A stretch of DNA of 64,000 nucleotides from Octopus sinensis (GCF_006345805.1 NC_043017.1:6386001-6450000), one strand, 5' to 3'. Numbered from the stretch's first letter, positions 28,453 to 41,182 are shown. Numbers and translations: made by a program. The notes: a model not told the origin generated them from the sequence alone.

Positions 28453-28877
28453 GGATCTTTTCGGTTTGACCGGCAGTTTTTTTCTAGCGGTGTTATATGA
28501 AATTGTCACCCATAATTGTGACCCTAGTATCGATCTATTGCATTTCCATCTGTTTTAGGGTTAGTTAGGGTTAGGGATGGGGGGAAGGGTATCTTTTTTT
28601 TCTTCACAAATGTAAATAAACCCAATCTGTTTCTTAAACGAGGGACATATTCATACGACACAGAATGTTTTCACCTCAATAGACGTCATTGATTAGTTGA
28701 AATTGCAGAAACTGAAAAAAAAAACAACAACAAATATTTTACAAACTATAGAATTTTCTCAATAAAGCCAAGAGAAAAAGATGTTTTATAAACACATTCT
28801 ATCAGTATACGAAGTTTAAAAGTGTTTAGTTACGTGGAAATTATTTTTAAAAACTGCCGGTCAAACCGAAAAGATCC
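28453..28877. mobile_element. MITE, TIR GGATCTTTTCGGTTTGACCGGCAGTTTTT, internal TTAGGG repeats
   Basis: ~29-bp terminal inverted repeats; same family as 30526-30945; no clear TSD. Confidence 0.88.
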
Positions 28878-29054
28878 TTTTTTAATGAAAATCGTGCGGG
28901 TGTTACCCTGAAAATTTCCCAAACAAAATATTTTAACACTCTTTTTATTATCATTTAAACAATCTCTATACAACAGGATTAAGGTTACGAGGATCCAGTC
29001 GAGTTAAATAGGAATGAAAGAGGTCCGTAAGCTAAGAATGGTTGGGAACCACTG

Positions 29055-29460
29055 CTATTGTTTCCCTGGGCATGGGTTCACTGAAGCTCCGGCGTCTGGC
29101 GACGGACTTGGTAAACACCCACAAAGTTATCAACCACCTCACCAACAACAACACTGAACACCTTTTTGATCTCCATGTGTCTAACACACGTGGACATGCC
29201 TACAAAGTCAGAAAACAACACAGCTCCCATGACTTTCGGAAACATCTTTTCACGCTCAGAGTTGCTGAAGCATGGAATAAACTGCCTGCGTCAGTAGTTG
29301 ACTGCCACGACACTGCATCCTTTAAGGCCCTCATGCTTTCCGAAATCCGCCGAAACTACACCTGATTATATATACACTTTAGATGAGTTGTAGTGCACCT
29401 GAGCACTGTACACAATTATTATTATTATTATTATTATTATTATTGTTAATAATAATAAAT
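29055..29460 (+). mobile_element. 3' fragment of a CR1-group LINE
   Basis: SLKLRRLATDL...TRGHAYKV...FTLRVAEAWNKLP...FK ORF2 C-terminus followed by an (ATT)n tail. Confidence 0.85.
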
Positions 29461-29747
29461 TGTTTTCGTAAAATCCGTTGCCTTAGTGTCAAGTAACGCA
29501 GTCAGTAATTAAAGAGAGGCAATTCATACAAACACTGCCTAGTAATTCATAACATACTCAACTCCTAACATCGTTATTTCTTAAACAACGAAATAAAGAA
29601 ATAGTTTTTCGTTTTATTTATTCTACACTAAGAATTAATTGCAAAATTATCCAAAAGTAGTGCATCAATCGCCTGATCTTTTCTGCAGAGTTACAGAACT
29701 GCGATGTATCTAGAAATATATTGTGTGATGCGGGACTGTTGTGTATC

Positions 29748-29761
29748 GTTGCTATGGCTAC
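29748..29761. promoter_or_regulatory. RFX X-box
   Basis: GTTGCTATGGCTAC; its reverse complement GTAGCCATAGCAAC fits GTNRCC-N2-RGYAAC exactly. Lies 70 nt upstream of the ATG at 29831. Confidence 0.75.
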
Positions 29762-29807
29762 CTAGCACTTAGCTCTTTCTCTCATTCTTTTTCCTTGGTG
29801 AAATTCA

Positions 29808-29816
29808 TGTAAACAA
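29808..29816 (+). promoter_or_regulatory. forkhead (FOXJ1-type) motif
   Basis: TGTAAACAA between the X-box and the ATG; a short motif supported only by context. Confidence 0.4.
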
Positions 29817-29830
29817 CACAATCTATCGAA

Positions 29831-29914
29831 ATGGCGCTGTCATCGTTGGAAATCTCTGATCTAGAAAGCAGGCGATCTTTATACGATATTGAAAGAAGTA
29901 GATTTGGAGAAGGT
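29831..29914 (+). CDS. TEX47: TEX47/DYBLUP-like BLUF-fold protein, exon 1
   Basis: aaATGG start, MALSSLEISDLESRRSLYDIERSRFGEG, donor |GTAAGT, phase 0. Confidence 0.8.
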
Positions 29915-30525
29915 GTAAGTATAAACATACGCTGGGTACTGATATATTTGTGATACCTACGTTCTGAGTTCGAATGCTACCGTGGTTGAATTTGTTTTTT
30001 TTTGTTTTTTTTCTTTTATCCTTTCGGGGTCTATAAAATAGGTACCAGTTGATCACTAGGATCGATGTAACGGAGTAGCCCCTATTTCCCAAAATTTTAG
30101 GCCTTGTGCCTTCGACACGAAAGGAACCGTTAGCACGCTGGTCCGGCTTTACGTTCTGAGTTCAAACTCCGCCGAGGTCGACTTTGCTTTTAATCCGTTC
30201 GGGGCCTATGAAATAAATACCATTCAAGTACTGGGATCGTTGAACAAGCCTCATCCCTCAGAATTTCAAATCTTGTTCTTATACTAGAAAGGATTAATGT
30301 TATGGTATTATTGAGATAATTTATATAGGGGTATAATGGTATTTTAACTGTGGAAATAGGAAAATTTGAGTGTGAAGAATAATTCCCATTTATGAATGGA
30401 CAAACGACTGAATTTTTCTCTCATTCTTCGTTATCACTTACTTGTCTCAGTCATTGGACTGCGGCCATGCTGGGGCAGCACCTTGAAGGGTTTTAGTCTA
30501 ACAAATGGTCCCCGGGACTTATTTT

Positions 30526-30945
30526 GGATCTTTTCGGTTTGACCGACAGTTTTTAAAAATAATTTCCACGTAACTAAACACTTTTAAACTTCGTATACTG
30601 GTAGAATGTGTTTATAAAACATCTTTTTCTCTTGGCTTTATTGAGAAAATTCTATAGTTTGTAAGATATTTGTTGTTTTTCTTCTGCAATTTTTGCAATT
30701 TCAACCAATCAGTGACGTCTATTGAGGTGAAAACATTCTGTGCCGTATGAATATGTCCCTCGTTTAAGAAACAAATTGGGTTTATTTACATTTGTGAAGA
30801 AAAAAGATACCCTTCCCCCCACCCCTAACCCTAACTAACCCTAAAACAGATTGAAATGCAATAGATTGATACTAGAGTCATAATTATGGGTGACAATTTC
30901 ATATGACACCGCAAGAAAAAAATGCCGTTCAAACCGAAAAGATCC
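30526..30945. mobile_element. MITE, same family in opposite orientation, 8-bp TSD
   Basis: TIRs as above, flanked by CTTATTTT on both sides, inserted in a decayed SINE. Superfamily (Merlin or Mutator-like) not resolved. Confidence 0.9.
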
Positions 30946-32157
30946 CTTATTTTTATAAGTCTGGTACTCAGTCTCTTTTGCTGAACTGCTGACTTATCGG
31001 GGACAGAAACAAACCTATACCGGTTGTCAAGCAGTAGTGGTGATTGAGAATAAATACAGACTCAAAGGTGACACACAGACATATATTTACACACATAGGA
31101 TGTGGTTCTACACAGTTTCTCTCCACCAAATTCACTCAGAAGGCTTCGGTCAGTCAGGTTCTGTGCAGTAGGATTGAACCAGAAACCACATTGTTGTAGA
31201 GAGACCTCCCTAACGACTCAGCCATGCCTGTGCATACACATTTTATTATTAATTCTCAAGATGGCCAGCTTGCAGAATCATGAACATGTCATGGTGCAGG
31301 AGTGGCTGTGTGGTAAGTAGCTTGCTAACCAACCACATGGTTCCGGGTTCAGTCCCACCGCGTGGCATCTTGGGCAAGTGTCTTCTGCTATAGCCCCGGG
31401 TCGACCAATGCCTTGTGAGTGGATTTGGTAGACGTAAACTGAAAGAAGCCTGTCGTATATATGTATGTCTGTGTATATGTTTGTGTGTCTGTGTTTGTCC
31501 CCCTAGCATTGCTTGACAACCGATGCTGGTGTGTTTACGTCCCCGTCACTTAGCAGTTCGGCAAAAGAGACCGATAGAATAAGTACTGGGCTTACAAAAG
31601 AATAAGTCCCAGGGTCGATTTGCTCGACTAAAGGCAGTGCTCCAGCATGGCTGCAGTCAAATGACTGAAACAAGTAAAAGAGTATGTCAGGCAAAATCAT
31701 GAACAACATTTCATCCAACTTTACGTTCTGAGTTCAAATTCTGCCAAGATCGACTTTACCTTTCTTCCTTTCGGGGTCGATAAATTAAGTACCAGTTGTA
31801 TACAGAGGGTTGATGTAATCAACTATTCCCCTTTCCTTGAAATTGCTGGCCTTGTGTCAACATTCGATAAATTAAGTACCAGTTGTATACGGAGGGTTGA
31901 TGTAATCAACTATTCCCCTTTCCTTGAAATTGCTGGCCTTGTGTCAACATTCGAAACTATTATTATAATTATTGTTATTATTCTGTTTCGGGGTTTTTTT
32001 TTTACATCTCTGTAACTTAGCGGTTCAGCAAAGGTGAGCAACAGAATAAGTACTAGGCTCTGGGGTTGAAAAAGAATAAATTCTGCAGTTGATTTGATTG
32101 ACTAAAGGTGGTGCTCCAGCATGGCCACAGTCAAATGACAGAAACAAGTAAAATAAT

Positions 32158-32213
<56 letters not shown>

Positions 32214-32583
32214 CTCTCCTTGGACACATGCGATCATATAGATTTCCAACTTAGAGGATAATGGAGTATCCTGTATGCTAGAAATCTATGTGGTTGTATG
32301 CACGTGAGGAAAGCGGTTTATTTCAAATTGATGTAATGTTTGCATTGATCAATTAAAGGGAGCTGCTTTAAATGGCCACAATGCACTGATACCTGGACAT
32401 CCTTCTTACTTATTTTTTTTCTAATTCATATATATATATATATATATATATATACTTTATTTAAAGCAGCAGAAAATTCAACAAAACCTGTTACTCTGAG
32501 TTTCACCTTTTATCAATTCAACAAGGAAAAAATTAAATTATACCATATAGAAAAAAAATGACATATATTCGTTTTATTTATTA

Positions 32584-32975
32584 CTAGCAGTATCGCCCAG
32601 CATTGCTCGGGTTTGTAAGGGAAATAACTATATAAGCATTTTTAGAGAGTTATAGCCAAAAAATAGCAAAAAAATGCATTAAAAATGGAAAAAAAATGTT
32701 GTTAATTTTTAAATCGTTGACTCATCGTAGACATTTTTAGAGAGTTACTTCCCTTATATAATAGCGAAAAAATGCATTAAAATGGAAAAAAATGATGGTA
32801 AATTTTTTTAAAATCGTAGACTCATCGTAGACGCGCGCTAATACCCAGAAGGGCTCGATATGAATCACGACTATAAGATACCCGATTTTGGTTAAACTGC
32901 ATCGCAAAATGTGGGAGTAGTTAGGAATCTAAATCGTAGGAGACAGACACACAACTTTAGTTTTATATATAAAGA
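32584..32975 (-). mobile_element. non-autonomous Helitron
   Basis: Minus-strand A|TC 5' end, CCCGAGCAATGCTGGGCG hairpin and CTAG|T; 3' module shared with 11333-11690. Confidence 0.83.
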
Positions 32976-33495
32976 TTTTGCATATTACTTAATCATTATT
33001 ATATGTTTTTATCTTATATTTAATATTTTCTATAGGATGTAATTTCTTTCTATATGGTATAATTTAATTTTTTCATTGTTGAATTGATAAAAGGTGTTTT
33101 TTTTCTAATTCATATATATATATATATATTATATTTTGTGAAATTTGATTTAGTATTTCTAAATTGAATTTTTCCCTGTAAGTTTGAAATAATATTCCCT
33201 AATATTATTATTATTATTATTATTATAATAATATATATATATACATACACCTTGGGCTTCTAGTTTCCATCTACCAAATCTACACACAGGTCTTTGGTTC
33301 AGCCTGAGAATATGGCAGAAGACATTTTCCCAGAACCATGGTTTCTGGGACTGAACCCAGAACCATGTGCTTGGGAAGCAAACTTCTTGCCACACAGCCA
33401 CATATGTGCCTTTATTAGTATTTCTTATCAAGGATATGGATGGCTGAATCAGGGAAAATCTGGAAAAAAAATATAGTGACTTCTTGTCACCCTTA

Positions 33496-36400
33496 CCCTG
33501 TTGCAGTCCAGCCCCTCTGTTTCATCCCCTAATTTCCTCCTGCACCTTGCTGGCAAGGTTTCACGTTTCCTTTGTCTCTGTTGCAGTCCAGCCCCTCTGT
33601 TTCATCCCCCTAATTTCCTCCTTGCACCTTGCTGGCAAGGTTTCACGTTTCCTTTGTCTCTGTTGCAGTCAGCCCCCTGTTTTCATCCCCTAATTTCCTC
33701 CTTGCACCTTGCGGCGAAGGTTTCACGTTTCTTTGTCTCTGTTGCAGTCCAGCCCTTTTTTTTCATCCCCTAATTTCCTCCTTGCACCTTGCTGGAAAAG
33801 TTTCACGTTCCTTTGTCTCTGTTGCAGTCCAGCCCCTCTGTTTCATCCCCTAATTTGCTCCTTGCACTTGCTGGCGAAGGTTTCACGTTTCCTTTGTCTC
33901 TGTTGCAGTCCAGCCCCTCTGTTTCATCCCCTAATTTGCTCCTTGCACCTTGCTGGCGAAGGTTTCACGTTTCCTTGTCTCTGTTGCAGTCCAGCCCCTC
34001 TGTTTCATCCCCTAATTTCCTCCTTGCACCTTGCTGGCGAAGGTTTCACGTTTCCTCTTTGTCCCTGTTGCAGTCCAGCCCCTCTGTTTCATCCCCTAAT
34101 TTCCTCCTTGCACCTTGCTGGCGAAGGTTTCACGTTTCCTTTGTCTCTGTTGCAGTCCAGCCCCTCTGTTTCATCCCCTAATTTCCTCCTTGCACCTTGC
34201 TGGTGAAGGTTTCACGTTTCCTTTGTCTCTGTTGCAGTCAAGCCCCTCTGTTTCATCCCCTAATTTCCTCCTTGCACCTTGCTGGCGAAGGTTTCATTTC
34301 GCCCGTTTCCTTGGTCTCTGTGCAGTCCAGCCCCTCTGTTTCATCCCCTAATTTCCTCCTTGCACCTTGCTGGCGAAGGTTTCACGTTTCCTTTGTCTCT
34401 GTTGCAGTCCAGCCCCCTGTTTCCATCCCTAATTTCCTCCTTGCACCTTGCTGGTGAAGGTTTCACGTTTCCTTTGTCTCTGTTGCAGTCCAGCCCCTCT
34501 GTTCATCTAATTTCCTCCTTGAACCTTGCTGGCGAAGGTTTCACGTTTCCTTTGTCTCTGTTGCAGTCCAGCCCCTCTGTTTCATCCCCTAATTTCCTCC
34601 TCCTGCACCTTGCTGGTGAAGGTTTCACGTTTCCTTTGTCTCTGTTGCAGGCCAGCCCCTCTGTTTCATTCCCTTAATTTCCTCCTTGCACCTGCTGGCG
34701 AAGGTTTCACGTTTCCTTTGTCTCTGTTGCAGTCCAGCCCCTCTGTTTCATCCCCCTAATTTCCTCCTTGCACCTTGCTGGCGAAGGTTTCACGTTTCCT
34801 TTGTCTCTGTTGCAGTCCAGCCCCTCTGTTTCATCCCCTAATTTCCTCCTTGCACCTTGCTGGCGAAGGTTTCACGTTTCCTTTGTCTCTGTTGCAGTCC
34901 AGCCCTCTGTTTCATCCCCTAATTTCCTCCTTGCACCTTGCTGGCGAAGGTTTCACGTTTCCTTTTGTCTGTTGCAGTCCAGCCCCTCTGTTTCATCTCC
35001 CCTAATTTCCTCCTTGCACCTTGCTTGGCGAAGGTTTCCACGTTTCCTTGTCTCTGTTGCAGCCAGCCCCTCTGTTTCATCCCTAATTTCCTCCTTGCAC
35101 CTTGCTGGCGAAGGTTTCACGTTTCCTTTGTCCTCTGTTGCAGTCCAGCCCCTCTGTTTCATCCCCATAATTTCCTCCTTGCACCTTGCTGGCGAAGGTT
35201 TCACGTTTCCTTTGTCTCTGTTGCAGTCCAGCCCCTCTGTTTCAATCCCCTAATTTGCTCCTTGCACCTTGCTGGCGAGGTTTCACGTTTCCTTTGTCTT
35301 TCTGTCTGTGCAGTCCAGCCCCTCTGTTTCATCCCCTAATTTCCTCCTTGCACCTGCTGGCGAAGGAAGGTTCACGTTTCCTTTGTCTCTGTTGCAGTCC
35401 AGCCCCTCTGTTTCATCCCCTAATTTGCTCCTTGCACCTTGCTGGCGAAGGTTTCACGTTTCCTTTGTCTCTGTTGCAGGCCAGCCCCTCTGTTTCATCC
35501 CCTAATTTCCTCCTTGCACCTTGCTGGCGAAGGTTTCACGTTTCCTTTGTCTCTGTTGCAGGCCAGCCCCTCTGTTTCATCCCCTAATTTCCTCCTTGCA
35601 CCTTGCTGGCGAAGGTTTCACGTTTCCTTTGTCTCTGTTGCAGGCCAGCCCCTCTGTTTCATCCCCTAATTCCTCCTTGCCTTGCTGGCGAAGGTTTCAC
35701 GTTTCCTTTGTCTCTGTTGCGGCCAGCCCCTCTGTTTCATCCCCTAATTCTCCTTGCACCTTGCTGGCGAAGGTTCACGTTCCTTTGTCTCTGTTGCAGG
35801 CCAGCCCCTCTGTTATCCCCCTAATTTGCTCCTTGCACCTTGCTGGCGAAGGTTTCACGTTCCTTTGTCTCTGTTGCAGGCCAGCCCCTCTGTTTCATCC
35901 CCTAATTTCCTCCTTGCACCTTGCTGGCGAAGGTTTCACGTTCCTTTGTCTCTGTTGCAGGCCAGCCCCTCTGTTTCATCCCCTAATTTGCTCCTTGCAC
36001 CTTGCTGGCGAAGGTTTCACGTTTCCTTTGTCTCTGTTGCAGTCCAGCCCCTCTGTTTCATCCCCTAATTTTCCCTTGCACCTTGCTGGTGAAGGTTTTC
36101 ACGTTTCTTTGTCTCTGTGCAGGCCAGCCCCTCTGTTTCATCCCCTAATTTCTCCTTGCACCTTGCTGGCGAGGTTTCACGTTTCCTTTGTCTCTGTTGC
36201 AGTCCAGCCCCTTGTTTCATCCCCTAATTTCCTCCTTGCACCTTGCTGGCGAAGGTTTCACGTTTCCTTTGTCTCTGTTGCAGTCCAGCCCCTCTGTTTC
36301 ATCACATCCCTAATTTCCTCCTTGCACCTTGCTGGCGAAGGTTTCACGTTTCCTTTGTCTCTGTTGCAGTCCAGCCCTCTGTTTCATCCCCTAATTTCCT

Positions 36401-39127
36401 CCTTGCACCTTGCTGGCGAAGGTTTCACGTTTCCTTTGTCTCTGTTGCAGTCCAGCCCCTCTGTTTCATCCCCTAATTTCCTCCTTGCACCTTGCTGGCG
36501 AAGGTTTCACGTTTCCTTTGGTCTCTGTTGCAGGTCCAGCCCCTCTGTTTCATCCCCTAATTCCTCCTTGCACCTTGCTGGCGAAGGTTTCACGTTTCCT
36601 TTGTCTCTGTTGCAGTCCAGCCCCTCTGTTTCATCCCCTAATTCCTCCTTGCACCTTGTGGCGAAGGTTTCACGTTTCCTTTGTCTCTGTTGCAGACAGC
36701 CCCTCTGTTTCATCCCCTAATTTCCTCCTTGCACCTTGCTGGCGAAGGTTTCACGTTTCCTTGTCTCTGTTGCAGTCCAGCCCCTCTCTGTTCATCCCCT
36801 AATTCCTCCTTGCACCTGCTGGCGAAGGTTTCACGTTTCTTTGTCTCTGTTGCAGTCAGCCCCTCTGTTTCATCCCCTAATTTGCTCCTTGCACCTTGCT
36901 GGCGAAGGTTTCACGTTTCCTTTGTCTCTGTTGCAGTCCAGCCACTCTGTTTTCATCCCCTAATTTCCTCCTTGCACCTTGCTGGCGAAGGTTTCACGTC
37001 CTGTGTCTCTGTTGCAGCCAGCCCCTCTGTTTCATACCCTAATTTCTCCTTGCACCTTGCTGGCGAAGGTTTCACGTTTCCTTTGTCTCTGTTGCAGGCC
37101 AGCCCCTCTGTTTCATCCCCTAATTTCCTCCTTGCACCTTGCTGGCGAAGGTTTCACGTTTCCTTGTCTCTGTTGCAGTCCAGCCCCTCTGTTTCATCCC
37201 CTAATTTCCTCTTGCACCTTGCTGGCGAAGGTTTCACGTTTCCTTTGTCTCTGTTGCAGTCCAGCCCCTCTGTTTCATCCCCTAATTCCTCCTTGCACCT
37301 TGCTGGCGAAGGTTCACGTTTCTTTGTCTGTTGCAGGCCAGCCCCTCTGTTTCATCCCCTAATTTCCTCCTTGCACCTTGCTGGCGAAGGTTTCACGTTT
37401 CCTTTGTCTCTGTTGCAGGCCAGCCCCTCTGTTTCATCCCCTAATTTCCTCCTTGCACCTTGCTGGCGAAGGTTTCACGTTTCCTTTGTCTCTGTTGCAG
37501 GCCAGCCCCTCTGTTTATCCCCTAATTTCCTCCTTGCAACTGCGCTTAAACGTTTCCTTTGTCTCTGTTGCAGTCCACCCTCTGTTTCATCCCCTAATTT
37601 CTCCTTGCCCTGCTGGCGAAGGTTTCACGTTTCCTTGTCTCTGTTGCAGTCCAGCCCTCTGTTTCATCCCCTAATTTCCTCCTTGCACCTTGCTGGCGAA
37701 GGTTTCACGTTTCCTTTGTCTCTGTTGCAGTCCAGCCCCTCTGTTTCATCCCCTAATTTCCTCCTTGCACCTTGCTGGCGAAGGTTTCACGTTTCCTTTG
37801 TCTCTGTTGCAGTCCAGCCCCTCTGTTTCATCCCCTAATTTCCTCCTTGCACCTTGCTGGCGAAGGTTTCACGTTTCCTTTGTCTCTGTTGCAGGCCAGC
37901 CCCTCTGTTTCATCCCCTAATTTCCTCCTTGCACCTTGCTGGCGAAGGTTTCACGTTTCCTTTGTCTCTGTTGCAGTCCAGCCCCTCTGTTTCATCCCCT
38001 AATTTCCTCCTTGCACCTTGCTGGCGAAGGTTTCACGTTTCCTTTGTCTCTGTTGCAGTCCAGCCCCTCTGTTTCATCCCCTAATTTCCTCCTTGCACCT
38101 TGCTGGCGAAGGTTTCACGTTTCCTTTGTCTCTGTTGCAGGCCAGCCCCTCTGTTTCATCCCCTAATTTGCTCCTTGCACCTTGCTGGCGAAGGTTTCAC
38201 GTTTCCTTTGTCTCTGTTGCAGTCCAGCCCCTCTGTTTCATCCCCTAATTTGCTCCTTGCACCTTGCTGGCGAAGGTTTCACGTTTCCTTTGTCTCTGTT
38301 GCAGTCCAGCCCTCTGTTTCATCCCCTAATTTCCTCCTTGCACCTTGCTGGCGAAGGTTTCACGTTTCCTTTGTCTCTGTTGCAGTCCAGCCCCTCTGTT
38401 TCATCCCTAATTTCCTCCTTGCACCTTGCTGGCGAAGGTTTCACGTTTCCTTTGTCTCTGTTGCAGTCCAGCCCTCTGTTTCATCCCCTAATTTCCTCCT
38501 TGCACCTTGCTGGCGAAGGTTTCACGTTTCCTTTGTCTCTGTTGCAGGCCAGCCCCTCTGTTTCATCCCCTAATTTGCTCCTTGCACCTTGCTGGCGAAG
38601 GTTTCACGTTTCCTTTGTCTCTGTTGCAGTCCAGCCCCTCTGTTTCATCCCCTAATTTGCTCCTTGCACCTTGCTGGCGAAGGTTTCACGTTTCCTTTGT
38701 CTCTGTTGCAGTCCAGCCCCTCTGTTTCATCCCCTAATTTCCTCCTTGCACCTTGCTGGCGAAGGTTTCACGTTTCCTTTGTCTCTGTTGCAGTCCAGCC
38801 CCTCTGTTTCATCCCCTAATTTCCTCCTTGCACCTTGCTGGCGAAGGTTTCACGTTTCCTTTGTCTCTGTTGCAGTCCAGCCCCTCTGTTTCATCCCCTA
38901 ATTTCCTCCTTGCACCTTGCTGGCGAAGGTTTCACGTTTCCTTGTCTCTGTTGCAGTCCAGCCCCTCTGTTTCATCCCTAATTTCCTCCTTGCACACTTG
39001 CTGGCGAAGGTTTCACGTTTCCTTTGTCTCTGTTGCAGTCCAGCCCCTCTGTTTCATCCCCTAATTTCCTCCTTGCACCTTGCTGGCGAAGGTTTCACGT
39101 TTCCTTTGTCTCTGTTGCAGGCCAGCC
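33496..39127 (+). repeat. 82-bp tandem array (~68 copies) in TEX47-like intron 1
   Basis: Unit TCCAGCCCCTCTGTTTCATCCCCTAATTTCCTCCTTGCACCTTGCTGGCGAAGGTTTCACGTTTCCTTTGTCTCTGTTGCAG. The 82-nt period is visible in the ORF start spacing (37690, 37772, 37854...). Confidence 0.97.
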
Positions 39128-39193
39128 TTGTTCACCGTTTGATCTACATTGGGAACATAAAGAACAGGTCAGAAGAACCATCAGTAGTTCTCA
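39121..39193 (+). CDS. TEX47: TEX47-like exon 2
   Basis: Acceptor tttcctttgtctctgttgcag| supplied by the last unit of the 82-bp array; ASLVHRLIYIGNIKNRSEEPSVVL; donor A|GTAAGT. Compare TEX47 FLLHRMFLVA and BLUF beta1 LxxLIYxS. Confidence 0.85.
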
Positions 39194-39546
39194 GTAAGTC
39201 CTTGAAGTTTGTTTCTGGCTGTGAATAGATATGTGTGTGTGAAGGCAGTGAGATATACATAGAATGTGTGAATGTGTGTATACACATGCACACACACATA
39301 CATGTATACATATATTTGCACATGTGTATATCAAAATTGCGAGGATGACCGGTTCTTGACTGAAGATTAGAGGCTTCAAATGACCCGCCTGTTTTTTGTG
39401 TCGTCTATTTAAGTGTTTTGCGTTCTTGTCCCATTTTGTATTTTTATATATATATATACATATATGTGTGTCCATGCTGATGCGTGTATGCATAAGTATA
39501 TCTATCTATCTATCTATCTATCTATCAATCTATCTATCTATCTATC

Positions 39547-39584
<38 letters not shown>

Positions 39585-39600
39585 ATATATATATATATAT

Positions 39601-40007
39601 TACTCTTACTCTTTTACTTGTTTCAGTCATTTGGACTGCGGCCATGCGGTGCATCTGGCGCTGCCTTTTAGTCGAGCAAATCGACCCCGGGACTTATTCT
39701 TTGTAAGCCAGTACTTATTCTATCGGTCTCTTTTGCCGAACCGCTAAGTGACGGGGACGTAAACACACCAGCATCGGTTGTCAAGCAATGCTAGGGGGAC
39801 AAACACAGACACACAAAAACACACGCACACACACATATATATACATATATACGACGGGCTTCTTTCAGTTTCCGTGTACCAAATCCACTCAGAAGGCTTT
39901 GGTCGGCCCGAGGCTATAGTAGAAGACACTTGCCCAAGATGCCACGCAGTGGGACTGAACCCGGAACCATGTGGTTGGTAAGCAAGCTACTTACCACACA
40001 GCCACTC
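39601..40007 (-). mobile_element. SINE family A, minus-strand copies
   Basis: Reverse complement of the above. Others at ~285-445, 2262-2920 (interrupted), 25415-25820, 27186-27515, 30438-31230, 33255-33410, 45227-45650. Confidence 0.9.
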
Positions 40008-40784
40008 AATTACTTTAAATATAACAAAGAATTTAGTAAAATAACTTAGTTATCATTCAGCTAGTGTTAGGAACATAAATTGTGACTAAGGTTTGGTGGA
40101 ATATTTTAATTCAGAACTTATGAAAACAAGACATTTGTACTCAGTGCCAGAGCCGGTTTCAGCCGGATTGTTATGAAAGAGTTAAATATCATATTGCACC
40201 CTTTCACAAACTATATTCTCAACCTAATCCCACCCCTTAATGCCCACAATTTATATACGATGGGCTTCTTTCAATTTCTGTCTTTGAAATATGTATGTAT
40301 GTATGTATATTTGTGTGTGTGTCTGTGTTTGTCCCTCCACCATCAATTGACAACTGATGCCGGTGTGTTTACATCCTGGTAACTTAGTGGTTCAGGAAAA
40401 GGGACCAATAAAAAATAAGTACTAGGCTTGCAAAGAAAAAGTCCTGGGATCGATTCGTTCGACCAAAGGCAGTGCTCCAGCATGGCCACAGTCAAATGGC
40501 TGAAACAAATAAAAGAGTAAAAGAATAAGAAGCGGGTGGGTGCAGAAATTACAGGGAAGTGAAGTTTGAATTATTTAATCTCATCGATTAATCCAGGGAT
40601 TATTGAGACTAGAAATTCGCTGTGTTCAATATCTTGTACCTTCTACAGTCATGGAATTTTGGAATTTTGTCTTTATTGATTTATTGATTACACAGACATT
40701 TTTACCAATATGTTGAATTAGATCATGAGATTTCATAAGGTCAGAAGTGATATCAAAGACAAGTATGTGTACGTGTAATGCACA

Positions 40785-40839
<55 letters not shown>

Positions 40840-41182
40840 CACACACACACACATTTATTTATATTCTCAAACAGTATATTAGTATATTCCTGGCTATGGC
40901 ATACAACTGATCAGGATGTAAATGACAGCTGCATGCCAACTATTGCACTTAATTGAAAACTCCTCAGACATGCTGGCCAAAAGCACGCAGCCTATCTCAA
41001 GAGCGTGTTGAGGAGTTGTGAATATTGACTGTGGCATTAAAAATCTCATTGACAGATGGAAAGGGAACTTGGAGAACGTTGGTGAATATATTAACAATTA
41101 AATAAATCAGATAGGTTGTTCTATTAGTTTGTTGACCCCTAATGGACAGAACTTTTGCTACAATTTGATATATATGTATATA

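Noticed and set aside
32242-32303. Open stretch ag|ATTTCC...AC|gtgagg in TEX47-like intron 1
   Set aside because: Weak acceptor, would shift frame, and is not needed for homology.
33496-39120. CRISPR array or repeat-protein gene (ORFs up to 399 aa)
   Set aside because: There are no unique spacers. The 82-nt period breaks frame, and long ORFs arise only where indels skip the TAA.
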